Source: a virus
Taxonomy: Duplodnaviria; Caudoviricetes
DNA length: 60,313 nt
Strand: one strand, 5' to 3'
IMG/VR virus record: IMGVR_UViG_3300047476_000372
Location: 1-60,313 of that record
In this document: positions 35,360 to 46,200 of the stretch, in pieces
Position numbering within the stretch: the stretch's first letter is position 1
How the letters are laid out: each line of letters begins with the position of its first letter
Notes under the pieces: generated by a model
What the model was told of the DNA's origin: nothing
What the model saw: the letters and a program-made list of their open reading frames with translations, nothing else
Databases searched by the model: none
Translations under genes and position numbers: made by a program

Positions 35360-37666
35360 ATGGAAAATAAAAATATACTAAACTTCCATCTCTCCAACTC
35401 GAAGTTGAAGAAGGAAGATAAGGAGGGACTAAAGATATCTAGATTTATTGAAAGAGCATTCAATAGCGGATACTTTAATAGAAGAAATAAGAAGTTCGAA
35501 AAGAACAGGATGTTTGCTAGAGGTAGACAGCCTATGTCTGAGTTCTTAGACCTATTAAATGTAGACGGAAAAGAGGCGTTTGTAAACCTAGATATGAAGG
35601 CTCCGGCTATCGCTCCTAAGTTTATGCAGGTAATTATAGGTGGATTTATGAAGAGAAATGAAGTTGCAAAAGCAACTGCTGTAGACCCTGTATCAACAAA
35701 GAGGAAGAAGTATGATAAAGATGAGGCTGAATTCAGAATGAACTTTGGTGACCAAGTTAGACAAATAGAAGAGCAGACTGGAGTTAAATTAATGGCAGAG
35801 GGAAAGTTTACTCCAGAAGATTATGAAGAGTTGGAACTATACTTTGGTATGGAATATCAATTGCCTGAGGAAATACTTTTCGAAAAAGGTATAGACTACG
35901 TTAGCCATATGAATGGTTGGGAGGTAATTAAAAGAAAGATTATAGAGGATTTGATTGAGACTGGTGTTGCAGCAACTAAGGTAAGTGTAGCACAGAATGG
36001 TAAGATAAATATCAGAAGAGTAGTACCAGAAAATCTTATTTATTCTTTCTCAGAATACGATGATTTTAGAGATGTGTCTTTTGTTGGTGAGGTTGTATCT
36101 ATGAAGATTATTGACATCAGAAATAACTACCCAAATCTTGACGAAGCTAAAATGTTCGAGATTGCCAAGAAGTCTAAACAGTTTAATCAGACTGTTAAGT
36201 GGGATGAAAGATATAGATTCTCTTTAGATAGGCCATATGATGATTGGACTGTTGATGTTATAGACTTTGAGATTAAGAGTATTGATACAATGATTTACCA
36301 AGCTAAGATTAATAAGTTTGGAAATCTAATAGTTGAAAGAAAAGAGAAAGAACCTCAAAGACTTGGTGACAATAAAGAAGTAATCAAGAAAGACATGTAC
36401 GTAATTTATAGAGGCGTATATGTTATGGGTACTGATTTAATGTTGGAGTGGGGAATTCTTAAGAACATGATTAAGCCTAATACGGCTAAGGAAATGTCTG
36501 AGGTACACTTCAGTTATTCTCTATATATGTATGAGAATCTTGACCTTATAAACATGGCTCTACCTGAAAGGATGGAGACTTCTATAAGGCAGATGACTTT
36601 GGCTCACCTTAAGATTCAACAGCTTATAGCTAAACTCAGACCTTCTGGTTTGATTATAGATATCGACTCATTGTCTGATATCAGTCTTGGTCAAGGTAGA
36701 AATATAAGCCCACTAGAAATTCAAAAGATATACGACCAAACTGGTAATATATATTATAGAAGGAGAACAGAGGATGGAGACCAGCAAAATGGACTACCAA
36801 TTTCTGAAGCTCCTAATAGTTCTAGTGTTGGACAAATTCAAGAGCTTATCTTGGTTTATAACCACTACCTAGACAGATTACGTGATGAGATTGGTGTAAA
36901 TGAATATAGAGAAGGTGCTTCTGTAAATCCAAAGCTTGGCCTTGGTGTTCAACAGCAGCAGATTGCAGCATCTAACAATGCTACTGATTTTATCTATGAT
37001 TCATTCTTGTCTATCTATCAGCAAACAGCTCTTAAGATTTCTATGTTGCTGTACGATTCAGTATTGTACGGAGGACAGCAGTACAGAGAGTATTTAAATC
37101 CAGAGGATGTAGACGGTAAGGTATTTGATGTTAAAATAAATATCCTTCCAGATGATAAAGAGAGGCAGTTCATTGAAGCTATGATTCAGACAGCACTTTC
37201 TGCTGGTGTTATAGATTTTGAGGATGCGTTTAGAGTTAGAAGCATAAAGAATACTAAGCTTGCTGAGATGTATCTATCTAAGGCTAAGAAGAGAAAGTCT
37301 AAAGAAGATATGGAGAAGGCTCAAGCTAATTCTCAGATGAATGCACAGGTACAACAACAATCTATTCAGGCAAAGGCACAATCAGATATGCAGCTTGAAC
37401 AAATGCAGGCTCAAGGTAAGTTAGCTGTTACTCAGACAGAGATGAAGATGAAGCAGGACTTATCTGAACAACAATTTGTACAAGACATCTTGATGAAGTC
37501 TTATGAGCTAGGTAAACCACTTAGTCCAGAACTACAAGCTGTTGTTGATGCCTATTTCCAAAAGAAGCAAGCTGAACAAATGCAGATGATGCAGCAACAG
37601 GCTATGCAACAGATGGAGCAGGAGCAGATGGCAGAAGAAGGCGATGTTGAAGAAATGCAACAATAA
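35360..37666 (+). CDS. Portal protein (crAss-like)
   Basis: 768 aa after TerL; R.FARG.Q, PKF, Y.QTG, GVN..R.G, SNNAT; Q-rich tail. Confidence 0.85.
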   Translation: MENKNILNFHLSNSKLKKEDKEGLKISRFIERAFNSGYFNRRNKKFEKNRMFARGRQPMSEFLDLLNVDGKEAFVNLDMKAPAIAPKFMQVIIGGFMKRNEVAKATAVDPVSTKRKKYDKDEAEFRMNFGDQVRQIEEQTGVKLMAEGKFTPEDYEELELYFGMEYQLPEEILFEKGIDYVSHMNGWEVIKRKIIEDLIETGVAATKVSVAQNGKINIRRVVPENLIYSFSEYDDFRDVSFVGEVVSMKIIDIRNNYPNLDEAKMFEIAKKSKQFNQTVKWDERYRFSLDRPYDDWTVDVIDFEIKSIDTMIYQAKINKFGNLIVERKEKEPQRLGDNKEVIKKDMYVIYRGVYVMGTDLMLEWGILKNMIKPNTAKEMSEVHFSYSLYMYENLDLINMALPERMETSIRQMTLAHLKIQQLIAKLRPSGLIIDIDSLSDISLGQGRNISPLEIQKIYDQTGNIYYRRRTEDGDQQNGLPISEAPNSSSVGQIQELILVYNHYLDRLRDEIGVNEYREGASVNPKLGLGVQQQQIAASNNATDFIYDSFLSIYQQTALKISMLLYDSVLYGGQQYREYLNPEDVDGKVFDVKINILPDDKERQFIEAMIQTALSAGVIDFEDAFRVRSIKNTKLAEMYLSKAKKRKSKEDMEKAQANSQMNAQVQQQSIQAKAQSDMQLEQMQAQGKLAVTQTEMKMKQDLSEQQFVQDILMKSYELGKPLSPELQAVVDAYFQKKQAEQMQMMQQQAMQQMEQEQMAEEGDVEEMQQ

Positions 37667-37693
37667 TTTATATCTTTGTAAAAATAATCAACC

Positions 37694-38767
37694 ATGTCAG
37701 AAACATTCAATCCATTTGATTCGAACTCCTATGTAAAAGAAAACTCAGAACCTATTCAGTCTGAGCCAGTACAAACAGAGGCAGTAGTAGAAGAAAGCAC
37801 AGTAGCACAGTCAGAGCCTACAAATGTAGAACCTACTGTAGAAGCTACACCAAAAACAGAAGAAGTAGTAGTTAATGAGCCAGTATCCTACGAATGGAAG
37901 GATGACTTCTCAAAAACTATCTATGATAAGCTTGTAAATAAAGATATATCGGATTTAGCTGATATGCTTTATGAGCAAAAAGTTCTTTCAAGTCTAGACG
38001 ATATGAGTGACGAGGATGTCATTAAGCTACAAATGGCTTATGAATATCCAGAGTTAACTCCTGAAGAGATTGAGGAAGAGTTTCAGTCAAAGTTTACTGT
38101 AGAGAAAGACTTTGATGAAGACCTCTTGACAGAAGAAGAAATCGTTAGCAAGAGGAAACAATTGGAGAAGCAGACTAAGGCTATTCAGAGAGAGATGAAG
38201 AAGATGGTTAGCCAAGCTAAAGAAAATCTCCAAGAACTAAGACAGGACATTGATTTTCCAGATATTCTTAGTCAGATTCAAAGTGCAGAGCCATCGCAAG
38301 ATGCTATAAACAAGTATCTGACAAGACAACAAGAAGAACAAAGGTTAGCCTATGAAGAGTCCAGAAAGGTGTTCGAATCGAGCATTGATGATGGACTTAG
38401 AAACTTTGATGGATTTGCAGTCAATTACAAGGACGAGGATGTCCAATTTGACGGTAAATATAACATCACACAAGAAGATAAGGCTGGCCTTCAAGGCGTG
38501 CTGAAAAGTTTCGACCTTGAGACGTTCTATGGTAATCGTTACTTCAAGGATGGAAGATACGATACTAAACAGTTGGCTGAGGACGTCTACTTTTTACAGA
38601 ATAGGGACAAGATTCTTTCGTCTATGGTGACACAGGCTGTGTCTAAAGCGAAGGCTGACATCCTTAAGAGTATGAAGAATATAGACTATAGTAATCAGCC
38701 AAGACCTTCAAGCGCTGCAAACACAAATGACTATGATGAAATGGTAAGTGCAATGTTTAGACTTTAA
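37694..38767 (+). CDS. Acidic scaffolding-like protein
   Basis: Between portal and capsid; E-rich N-terminus, YPEL..EEI motif, coiled coil. Confidence 0.6.
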   Translation: MSETFNPFDSNSYVKENSEPIQSEPVQTEAVVEESTVAQSEPTNVEPTVEATPKTEEVVVNEPVSYEWKDDFSKTIYDKLVNKDISDLADMLYEQKVLSSLDDMSDEDVIKLQMAYEYPELTPEEIEEEFQSKFTVEKDFDEDLLTEEEIVSKRKQLEKQTKAIQREMKKMVSQAKENLQELRQDIDFPDILSQIQSAEPSQDAINKYLTRQQEEQRLAYEESRKVFESSIDDGLRNFDGFAVNYKDEDVQFDGKYNITQEDKAGLQGVLKSFDLETFYGNRYFKDGRYDTKQLAEDVYFLQNRDKILSSMVTQAVSKAKADILKSMKNIDYSNQPRPSSAANTNDYDEMVSAMFRL

Positions 38768-38793
38768 ATTTTAACAAAATAAAATAATTTACT

Positions 38794-40113
38794 ATGCCAG
38801 TATTACAACCGGGCGGAGTTTCAACAAACAATGCGGGCGTACAACGCCAGTTTGTCTCTGACCTATCAATCTTAAAGCCTCAATACTACAATCAATTCGT
38901 TGATAAGTATGGTGCTCAAAACTATGCTCAATTGATTGAAGCATTGGGTATGAAGGCTACGGTTCCTTCAAGAAAATTCGGTCACTTCGAATCTCGTGGT
39001 AAGCTTCATGATAACGTGAAGGTTGCTTCTTTCACAGGTGGTGCTTCAGCTGGAGCTACTGCTACTGTAACAATTGATGCTTCTTCAATTGTAAGTTCAA
39101 AAAGTCCAATCCGTGTAGGTGAGGTTCTTGAGAATGCAAAGAATGGTAAGCAGTACAAGGTTACTAGCATATCTACTTATCCGAACATTTTTGTAATGTC
39201 TCCATTTGATAGCACAGAGCTTATCAATGCTACATTGCTTGCAAACGACTTCTTGGTATTTAGAGGTATTGCAGAAGCTGGTGAAGCATCTACTAAGTTT
39301 GACACTATCGCAGAACTTACCGAAGAGAAGTTGTTTTACACAACTGAGATTCGTGAAGATTTCACTATCAGTGATAGAGCTAAAATTGAAGAATTGTGGT
39401 TCGAAGTAAACGGTTCACCTTACTACACCTACAAAGGTTTGGATGAGTCTGTTCGTCGTTTCATGAACAACAAAGAATTCAAATTGATGTTCGGTAAGCC
39501 ACAAGGTGCTACAGGTTCTACAGGTCTTATTCCACAAGTTGAAGCTGGTGGTCAGGTGTATAGCGCATGGGACCAAGCGTCAAACTTTGGTATTACTCAC
39601 TTCCACGCTCTTGCTCGTCTTGCTGACTTCAATGGTGGTGCTCAAGAATACCATTTCTTGATGGATTCTTACATGCGTTCTTATGTTGATGATGGATTGT
39701 TTGCTACTTACACAGGTGGTGCTATTCAGTGGGCATCTGTTGGTGGCGCATCTGAAGTAGCTATTAAGTATGGTTTTGATTCTATCAAAATTGATGGTAT
39801 CACTTTCCACCTTAAGAAGTACCTTCCATTCAACGCAGAAGCTGTTTATGGAGTTGCTCCAGCATCTGAGTACTATAAGAATAGTGGTCTTTTGATTCCT
39901 ATGAAAGATGGTCGTGATGCACAGAGTGGTGACAAAATCCCTTCTCTACGTGTTGTTTACAACGAAGTTGAGCCGGGTAAAGAAATCAAGGTTTGGGAAA
40001 CTGGTGCTCTTGCTAAGGTTCCAACCAGCGATAAAATGGAATTGAATGTCCATCACATGTCTTACTGTGGTATCCAAGTATTTGGTGCAAACCAATACAT
40101 CACTGTAAGATAA
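38794..40113 (+). CDS. Major capsid protein
   Basis: 439 aa, strongly biased codons, position, following terminator; GF...K..G.TFH..K motif as in crAss-like capsids. Confidence 0.85.
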   Translation: MPVLQPGGVSTNNAGVQRQFVSDLSILKPQYYNQFVDKYGAQNYAQLIEALGMKATVPSRKFGHFESRGKLHDNVKVASFTGGASAGATATVTIDASSIVSSKSPIRVGEVLENAKNGKQYKVTSISTYPNIFVMSPFDSTELINATLLANDFLVFRGIAEAGEASTKFDTIAELTEEKLFYTTEIREDFTISDRAKIEELWFEVNGSPYYTYKGLDESVRRFMNNKEFKLMFGKPQGATGSTGLIPQVEAGGQVYSAWDQASNFGITHFHALARLADFNGGAQEYHFLMDSYMRSYVDDGLFATYTGGAIQWASVGGASEVAIKYGFDSIKIDGITFHLKKYLPFNAEAVYGVAPASEYYKNSGLLIPMKDGRDAQSGDKIPSLRVVYNEVEPGKEIKVWETGALAKVPTSDKMELNVHHMSYCGIQVFGANQYITVR

Positions 40114-40145
40114 TTATTGGATTACAATATCTAATAACAGTAATT

Positions 40146-40174
40146 AGCCCTGAACATTTTGTTCGGGGCTTTTT
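40146..40174 (+). terminator. Intrinsic terminator after major capsid gene
   Basis: AGCCCTGAAC-ATTTT-GTTCGGGGCT followed by TTTT. Confidence 0.88.
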
Positions 40175-40205
40175 ACTATCTTTGCGTTAACCAAAAAATA
40201 AAACC

Positions 40206-41111
40206 ATGGCAAAGCAAAACAAGAAGACTTTAGACGAAAATGGCAACATAGTAGATGTTGTATCTAATGTAGAAGTTTCAGAGTTTCCTAGTGTAGTAAT
40301 CGAAGCTCCAAAGAAGAGAGAGCCTACAGAGTACATATTCCAATTAGTAAATAAAGTATACTACGCAAGTCCCGGTAAAAATCCATATCCAGAAAACTAC
40401 TTTTTAAGAAATACGGATATCATCTTTGATGAAGAAACCAAGACAGAAAGAAATATAAGATACCTAGAGGGTGTAAATACTATTTTTGTTGATGAGCAAG
40501 AGCATCTTTCTGATGCTAAAAAGAACTCTATGCCTCAGATTAGATTTGTAAATGGTATCCTTAGGGTTCCTGCTAATAAGACATCCTTAGTTAAATTTCT
40601 TACATGCAGTAATATGTATAATAAGAAGAAGAACAGAATGGAGCATGTTTTGCCAGTATATACTATCGTAAATTTCGAGGAGCAGGAAGAGCAAGCAATC
40701 AACAAGGCAGAAGTTAGAATGTCTGCAATGAAATTGGCTATGGATGCTCCTGTTGAGATAATGTATCCACATGCTGAGTTTTTAGGAGTTAGGCAGAAAA
40801 ACCAGTTTGGTGAGAATAGAGGTGAAAAGGCAATTAGGGTAGATTATTTGAGTTATGCTGAGGGTTATCCTGATACTTTTATAAATACTTATAATAACCC
40901 ACTTGTTAAAGTTCAATATGTAATTAAGAAAGCAATTGCCTTAAATTTGATTGATTTAAGTACAAGTAAGGGACAGGCTATTTGGGGAGATACTAAGAAG
41001 TTTATTGCCCAAATACCAGACAATGAAGATGCGGTCAAACATTTGGCTGAGTTGTGTTTAACAGAGAAAGGTAAAGAATTTTATATGCAGCTAAAAAGTA
41101 TGGCTGACTAA
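40206..41111 (+). CDS. Conserved crAss-like virion-module protein
   Basis: R.IRY....TIFVDEQ, F.NG.L.V motif; follows the capsid gene. Confidence 0.7.
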   Translation: MAKQNKKTLDENGNIVDVVSNVEVSEFPSVVIEAPKKREPTEYIFQLVNKVYYASPGKNPYPENYFLRNTDIIFDEETKTERNIRYLEGVNTIFVDEQEHLSDAKKNSMPQIRFVNGILRVPANKTSLVKFLTCSNMYNKKKNRMEHVLPVYTIVNFEEQEEQAINKAEVRMSAMKLAMDAPVEIMYPHAEFLGVRQKNQFGENRGEKAIRVDYLSYAEGYPDTFINTYNNPLVKVQYVIKKAIALNLIDLSTSKGQAIWGDTKKFIAQIPDNEDAVKHLAELCLTEKGKEFYMQLKSMAD

Positions 41112-41146
41112 CATAGCTTCGTGTTTCATATGGTTTGATTGGTTAT

Positions 41147-41177
41147 TCCCTTTGCCATTCTTGGCAGAGGGATTTTT
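41147..41177 (+). terminator. Intrinsic terminator
   Basis: TCCCTTTGCCA-TTCT-TGGCAGAGGGA followed by TTTTT. Confidence 0.85.
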
Positions 41178-41192
41178 GTTTATATTTGCAAT

Positions 41193-41861
41193 ATGACTAT
41201 AGATAAGGTATATAAGATTGTCTCATACCTAGTAGACAAGTATCAGGGGACATACCTGTCTCCGGACGACTTCAACATGGTTATCAATATGGCTCAAAAC
41301 CAATATCTGTCTTTTTTAACAGATGATACAGGAGGACCTAATAGGAATCCAAAGAATCCAGTAGGAATGTCTACATCAGCCATTATAGCTGATACACTAT
41401 CTGGTTTTTTAATAGAATCTACTCTCACTATAACATCACAAACAGCTTCTAAGCCAGCTAATCTGTATAAAACGGTTGCTATAAGAACTGTTGATGATGA
41501 TTATGCTGTTAGATATGTTTCTGAAGATAAGGTGTCTTCTTTTGTTGGAAATGCTATTGATGCTCCATCAAGTACAGAGCCAATATACTATGAGATTGGT
41601 GCTAACTATAAGTTTTATCCAAGTACGCTAACTACAGCAAAATTAAGCTACATTAGAAACCCATCTGAGCTTAAGTGGGCTTATACTGGAGCATTAGTAT
41701 ATGATGCTGCAAATAGCCTTCCTGCTGCTAACGCAGATATTGAGTGGGCTGAATCAGACTTATATGAGATTATATATAGAGCTATTGGTATTATTGGAAT
41801 TAACTTGAAAGATGGTGACCTCGTAAGAGCTTCACAATTCATAAAAAATGAAGGATTATGA
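41193..41861 (+). CDS. Tail ring/adaptor protein 1
   Basis: K.Q..YL.P.DFN...N.AQ, YIR.P...W; start moved to the ATG after the -7 box. Confidence 0.7.
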   Translation: MTIDKVYKIVSYLVDKYQGTYLSPDDFNMVINMAQNQYLSFLTDDTGGPNRNPKNPVGMSTSAIIADTLSGFLIESTLTITSQTASKPANLYKTVAIRTVDDDYAVRYVSEDKVSSFVGNAIDAPSSTEPIYYEIGANYKFYPSTLTTAKLSYIRNPSELKWAYTGALVYDAANSLPAANADIEWAESDLYEIIYRAIGIIGINLKDGDLVRASQFIKNEGL

Positions 41862-42481
41862 CAAGGAAGGTACTTATAGAGCAGATAAGAAGAATGTACT
41901 ATGGAGGAATTCCTAGTGATGATGCTAACCTAACTGAAAACGAGGTTAATCAGTATATCAATCAGGCTATAGCCTACTTTGCTAAAGTAAACTATACAGA
42001 CTCTATAAAGATTGATGATATTGAAACTGTTGGTGATGCCTTCTATTCTACATTCAAAAACTTGGCTATTACCAAAGATAACGATACTGGATTTTATTCG
42101 ACAACGTTGCCGCACCCACCACTAGGTCTTTCGAGAGGATATGGTATAGCATCAGTTACGTTTCCCGTAAGTACGGGTCTTGCTAAGGCTCCTGTCCCTG
42201 TATCCCCTCGTGAGGTTGAATATTTGCAACATGTAAAACTCCCTCCAAGTAAGATATTTTATTGGGCTGAGGGGAATAAATTATGGTTTAAAAGCTATAT
42301 AAATCTTGTAGGTAAATTGGCTATAGTGAGAATGGTTACAGCAGAAAACACAGATAAATCAGCGGAATTAAATGTTCCACCGGAATATATTTCTGATATG
42401 ATTAACTGGATAATGAATCAATTAAGAATTAGAAAACAAATGCCTGAAGACACGACGTTGGATGGCTTAGATACTAAATAA
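41858..42481 (+). CDS. Tail ring protein 2
   Basis: Position and size; coupled. Confidence 0.6.
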   Translation: MTRKVLIEQIRRMYYGGIPSDDANLTENEVNQYINQAIAYFAKVNYTDSIKIDDIETVGDAFYSTFKNLAITKDNDTGFYSTTLPHPPLGLSRGYGIASVTFPVSTGLAKAPVPVSPREVEYLQHVKLPPSKIFYWAEGNKLWFKSYINLVGKLAIVRMVTAENTDKSAELNVPPEYISDMINWIMNQLRIRKQMPEDTTLDGLDTK

Positions 42482-42486
42482 ATAAC

Positions 42487-43257
42487 ATGGCAAAGGATAC
42501 AGCTCAATGGCAGTCTTTAGCGGAGGTTGTATATCAATATATAGACCAAGCCAAACTTACTACTGCAGAGTTTAGGAGATTGTGGACTATTGGAGTTAGG
42601 GGTGTAGAAGAGCTTGGTATGGATGTACATGCAACCCCTAAAACAGTAAAACTATTAGTTAACGCAAATAAAACAGCAAACTTACCATCTGACTATGTGG
42701 GTTTTTCAAAAGTTGGCGTACTTAATCCGGATGGTGAGGTATCTACTCTTAGACGTAACACTAATCTTACTGCATATAAGATTGACCAGAATGACAGGTT
42801 ATCTAATAACACTGACAATACGGAAACTAATTCTTATAGGTTACAAGATTTGGCGTTTGTTAATTACTTTGATGGTGCTAGATATGTGAACATATTTGGT
42901 GCTGGAGCATTACTTAACGCAGCAGGAGAATTTGATATATCTGAAGATGAAGGTATTCTTTATCTAGATAATAACTTTCCATATACATATGTAATCATGG
43001 AATACTTGTCATCTCCAGCAGATGATGTTGATTATAAGATACCAGTTCAAGTTAGAGATGCAGTTCTTGCGTACATAGCTTGGAAAGATATAGAAATGTT
43101 GCCTTCTGGACGTAGAGTGAATATGGGAGAGAAGCAATTAAGAAGAAAAGAATTTTACAACCAGAAAAGGTTGGCAAGACTTAGAGTAAACCCTGTAACT
43201 CCTTGGGATGCCAATGAAGTTATCAGGATGGGTCAAAAACTCGTAGCAAAAGCATAA
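42487..43257 (+). CDS. Tail ring protein 3
   Basis: LPSDYV...K, MEYLS, A..AYI.W, K.LA.LR. Confidence 0.65.
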   Translation: MAKDTAQWQSLAEVVYQYIDQAKLTTAEFRRLWTIGVRGVEELGMDVHATPKTVKLLVNANKTANLPSDYVGFSKVGVLNPDGEVSTLRRNTNLTAYKIDQNDRLSNNTDNTETNSYRLQDLAFVNYFDGARYVNIFGAGALLNAAGEFDISEDEGILYLDNNFPYTYVIMEYLSSPADDVDYKIPVQVRDAVLAYIAWKDIEMLPSGRRVNMGEKQLRRKEFYNQKRLARLRVNPVTPWDANEVIRMGQKLVAKA

Positions 43258-43258
43258 A

Positions 43259-46200
43259 ATGAAGATTGAAAGAAAACTGTTTTCAGGCGTTATGAATTTG
43301 GATGACCCGAATGAGGCCATGGCATCTACTCACCACAAAGAAGCCTTTAATATTCTATTTAAGGGTAATCCGGGAGAGATGAGAGCAGAGAGCATTCCGG
43401 GAAATCAAGCTATTACAAATGCCGGTCTTCAAGCTGGAACAAACGTATGTATTGGTTCTCATTATGACGAACTAAAGCAACGCTTATTCTACTTTGTATA
43501 TAATTCAAATGGTTATGATGCAATATTTGTTTACAGCACAATAACTAGAACTGTAAGCACCTTGTTGATGTCTAAGGTAGATTCTTTGTCTACAGAACCT
43601 TTATTTAATTTTAGCCCAGATAATCCTATAGCATCTGTTAACATACTATATAGGACAGAAGACGATGGTGACATCTTGCATTGGACAGATAGACTAAATC
43701 CTCCAATGAAATTAAATATCAAAGAGGCTTTAGCTGTAAATAAAACATATAATGGTAACTGGAAAAAGAAATATTTGACTGTTGCTAGGCCAATGCCATT
43801 AATATCTCCAGTATGTAAATATGAGGATGATGCTACAACTAATGTAAATAACTTAAAAAGTAAACTATATCAATTTAGGTATAGATGGGTATATAAAGAC
43901 TTTACTAAGTCTACATGGGGTCCTTGGAGCAGATTATTTGCTCCTGTAAATGTTGATACACTTGCAAATGAAATAGATAACCTAAAGAATAATAGAATAT
44001 CTATTACTTATAATAGCGGAGATTCTGATGTAGAGAAGATAGAGATTGCAGCAAGACAGAGTATAGATACTGTATTTTCTGACCCATTTCTTGTAAAAAC
44101 AATTGACAAGACAGGTCTTTCAGACAATTCTGATTATGAATATAAATTCTATAATACAGAAGCGTATCCTGCATTAAGTCTTACGGAATCTAATCAACTG
44201 TTTGACTATGTTCCGCTAAAAGCTAATGCACAAGAGTTGCTTAATGGTAATACCATAATATATGGCGGTATAACAGAAGGAAGGACTGCTAATATTACTC
44301 CATCTGTTACTAAGACTGTAAGTCTAGTACAAAATACAGATACTTCAGCAGACTTGACAATGTCATCTTTTAATAGATACACATTTACATATACACCTGT
44401 ATATAATGTCACTGGAGGAAATCACTACATAATATTTGATGGCGTACCAAATGTTGGAGATTCATACAACTTCTCACTATCTTTTAGAAGAGATATAGGA
44501 GCTGGAGTTCAATCTGTAACTGTTACGATAAGCATACCTACTCTTACTGCTGGTCAAAATACGCAGGCTGCATTAGAAACAATATTAGTGTCTCAGTTAT
44601 CCTCAAATGCCACTTTGCAAAACTATGGTTTAGCTGCAGGAGTTGCTGCTCTTCAGTTAATAGAACCGGGTGAATTCAATGGCAAGAGAGGTGTTAAGAT
44701 TCCGGGAAATAGTGTAAACAAATCATGGATATTAGACTCATATAATTTTGTATATAACTATGCAGGTGGCGGAGGACTACCTGTAGACCCAACAGGTGTT
44801 AATACAGCTTGTTATAAACATAAATCTAGATATTCTTTCGGTATCTGTTACTTTGACGAATATGGCGTAACAAATGGTGTAGTAACATCAGATAATATGA
44901 GTGTTATAACTCCAGAAATAGACTCTACCGCACTTGCTTCAACTGAGTTAAAGATACCACTAATACAATTTGACATTAGTCATCAAGCTCCATCTTGGGC
45001 AAGATATTTCTCATTTGTAAGGACTACGAATCTAACCGTATCTGATTTTAAGACTATAATAAGTACTGATACGTATAAAGACGCATCCAATACGTATGCA
45101 TATTTAGATATAACTGATTATCAACTTAATAAGTCTGGATATCCAGCTTACTCTTTTAGCAAGGGTGACAGAGTTAGGATAGTTGGACTAAAGAGTGGTG
45201 TAGATAATGTTTATGATTATCCTGTATTTGGTGTTGTTGCAAGTAGTGATATTACAACAGCTGCACCTCCTGTAAGGGATAGAATATGGTTAAAAGTTCC
45301 TTACGATTCAGGTGTAATGTTAAACTTTGGAACAGCTGGCTACAAGGAGTATTATTTAGAGGTATATACGCCTACAGTAAATACAAGCGATGATGTAAGG
45401 GTGTTTTATGAATTTGGAGAAACATATCCTGTCATCATAGATGGAGTTAACAGGTATCACACTGGCATGGCTGGAGAGAATAGTCAAACGAGTGTACAGC
45501 CAGCAACATTCAAGTTTGTTAGAGGTGATGTATACTCAAGACTTAGAAATGAATTATGGATTCTAGATAAATCAATGTCTGATAAGTACAATTCTAATTT
45601 TGATGGAAACGGAAGGGCATTCGTCGTGGATGAGTATGCAAAAGAAACTTACTTTCCAACACTAGTTAGATATTCACTTGATTATCAAGCAGGTACAAAC
45701 ATAAATTTAACTAACACATTCTATGCTTCTAACTTTGATGAGTATGATAGAGAAAAGGGTGATATACAAAGATTAAAGATTAGGGGTAGACAGCTTAGAG
45801 TATTTCAGAATAGAGCTTGTGGAGTAGTACCTGTATTACAGAACGTAGTTCAGACTGTAGATGGTAGCGGTGTTTTATCACAGAGTGCTGAGATTATTAA
45901 TAAGATTCAGTACTATTTAGGAGACTATGGAATAGGAACTCAATTCTGTTCTCTATCTTCATCTGCTCAGGCAGACTACTTTACAGACCCTGTAAGAGGT
46001 TGTCAAGTAAGATTAAGTGCTGACGGTCTTACTCCAATAACAGAGTTGTATAAGGCTCACTTCTACTTGACTCCTCTAATAGTTAAATACAATAAAGTAA
46101 GGAATAATATTACTGGTCAAGGTAAGGCTAAGATACTTGGTATATATGACCAATTTAATGAGGAGTTTGTTACCTGTATGCAGGAGAGTGCTGCTGGTGA

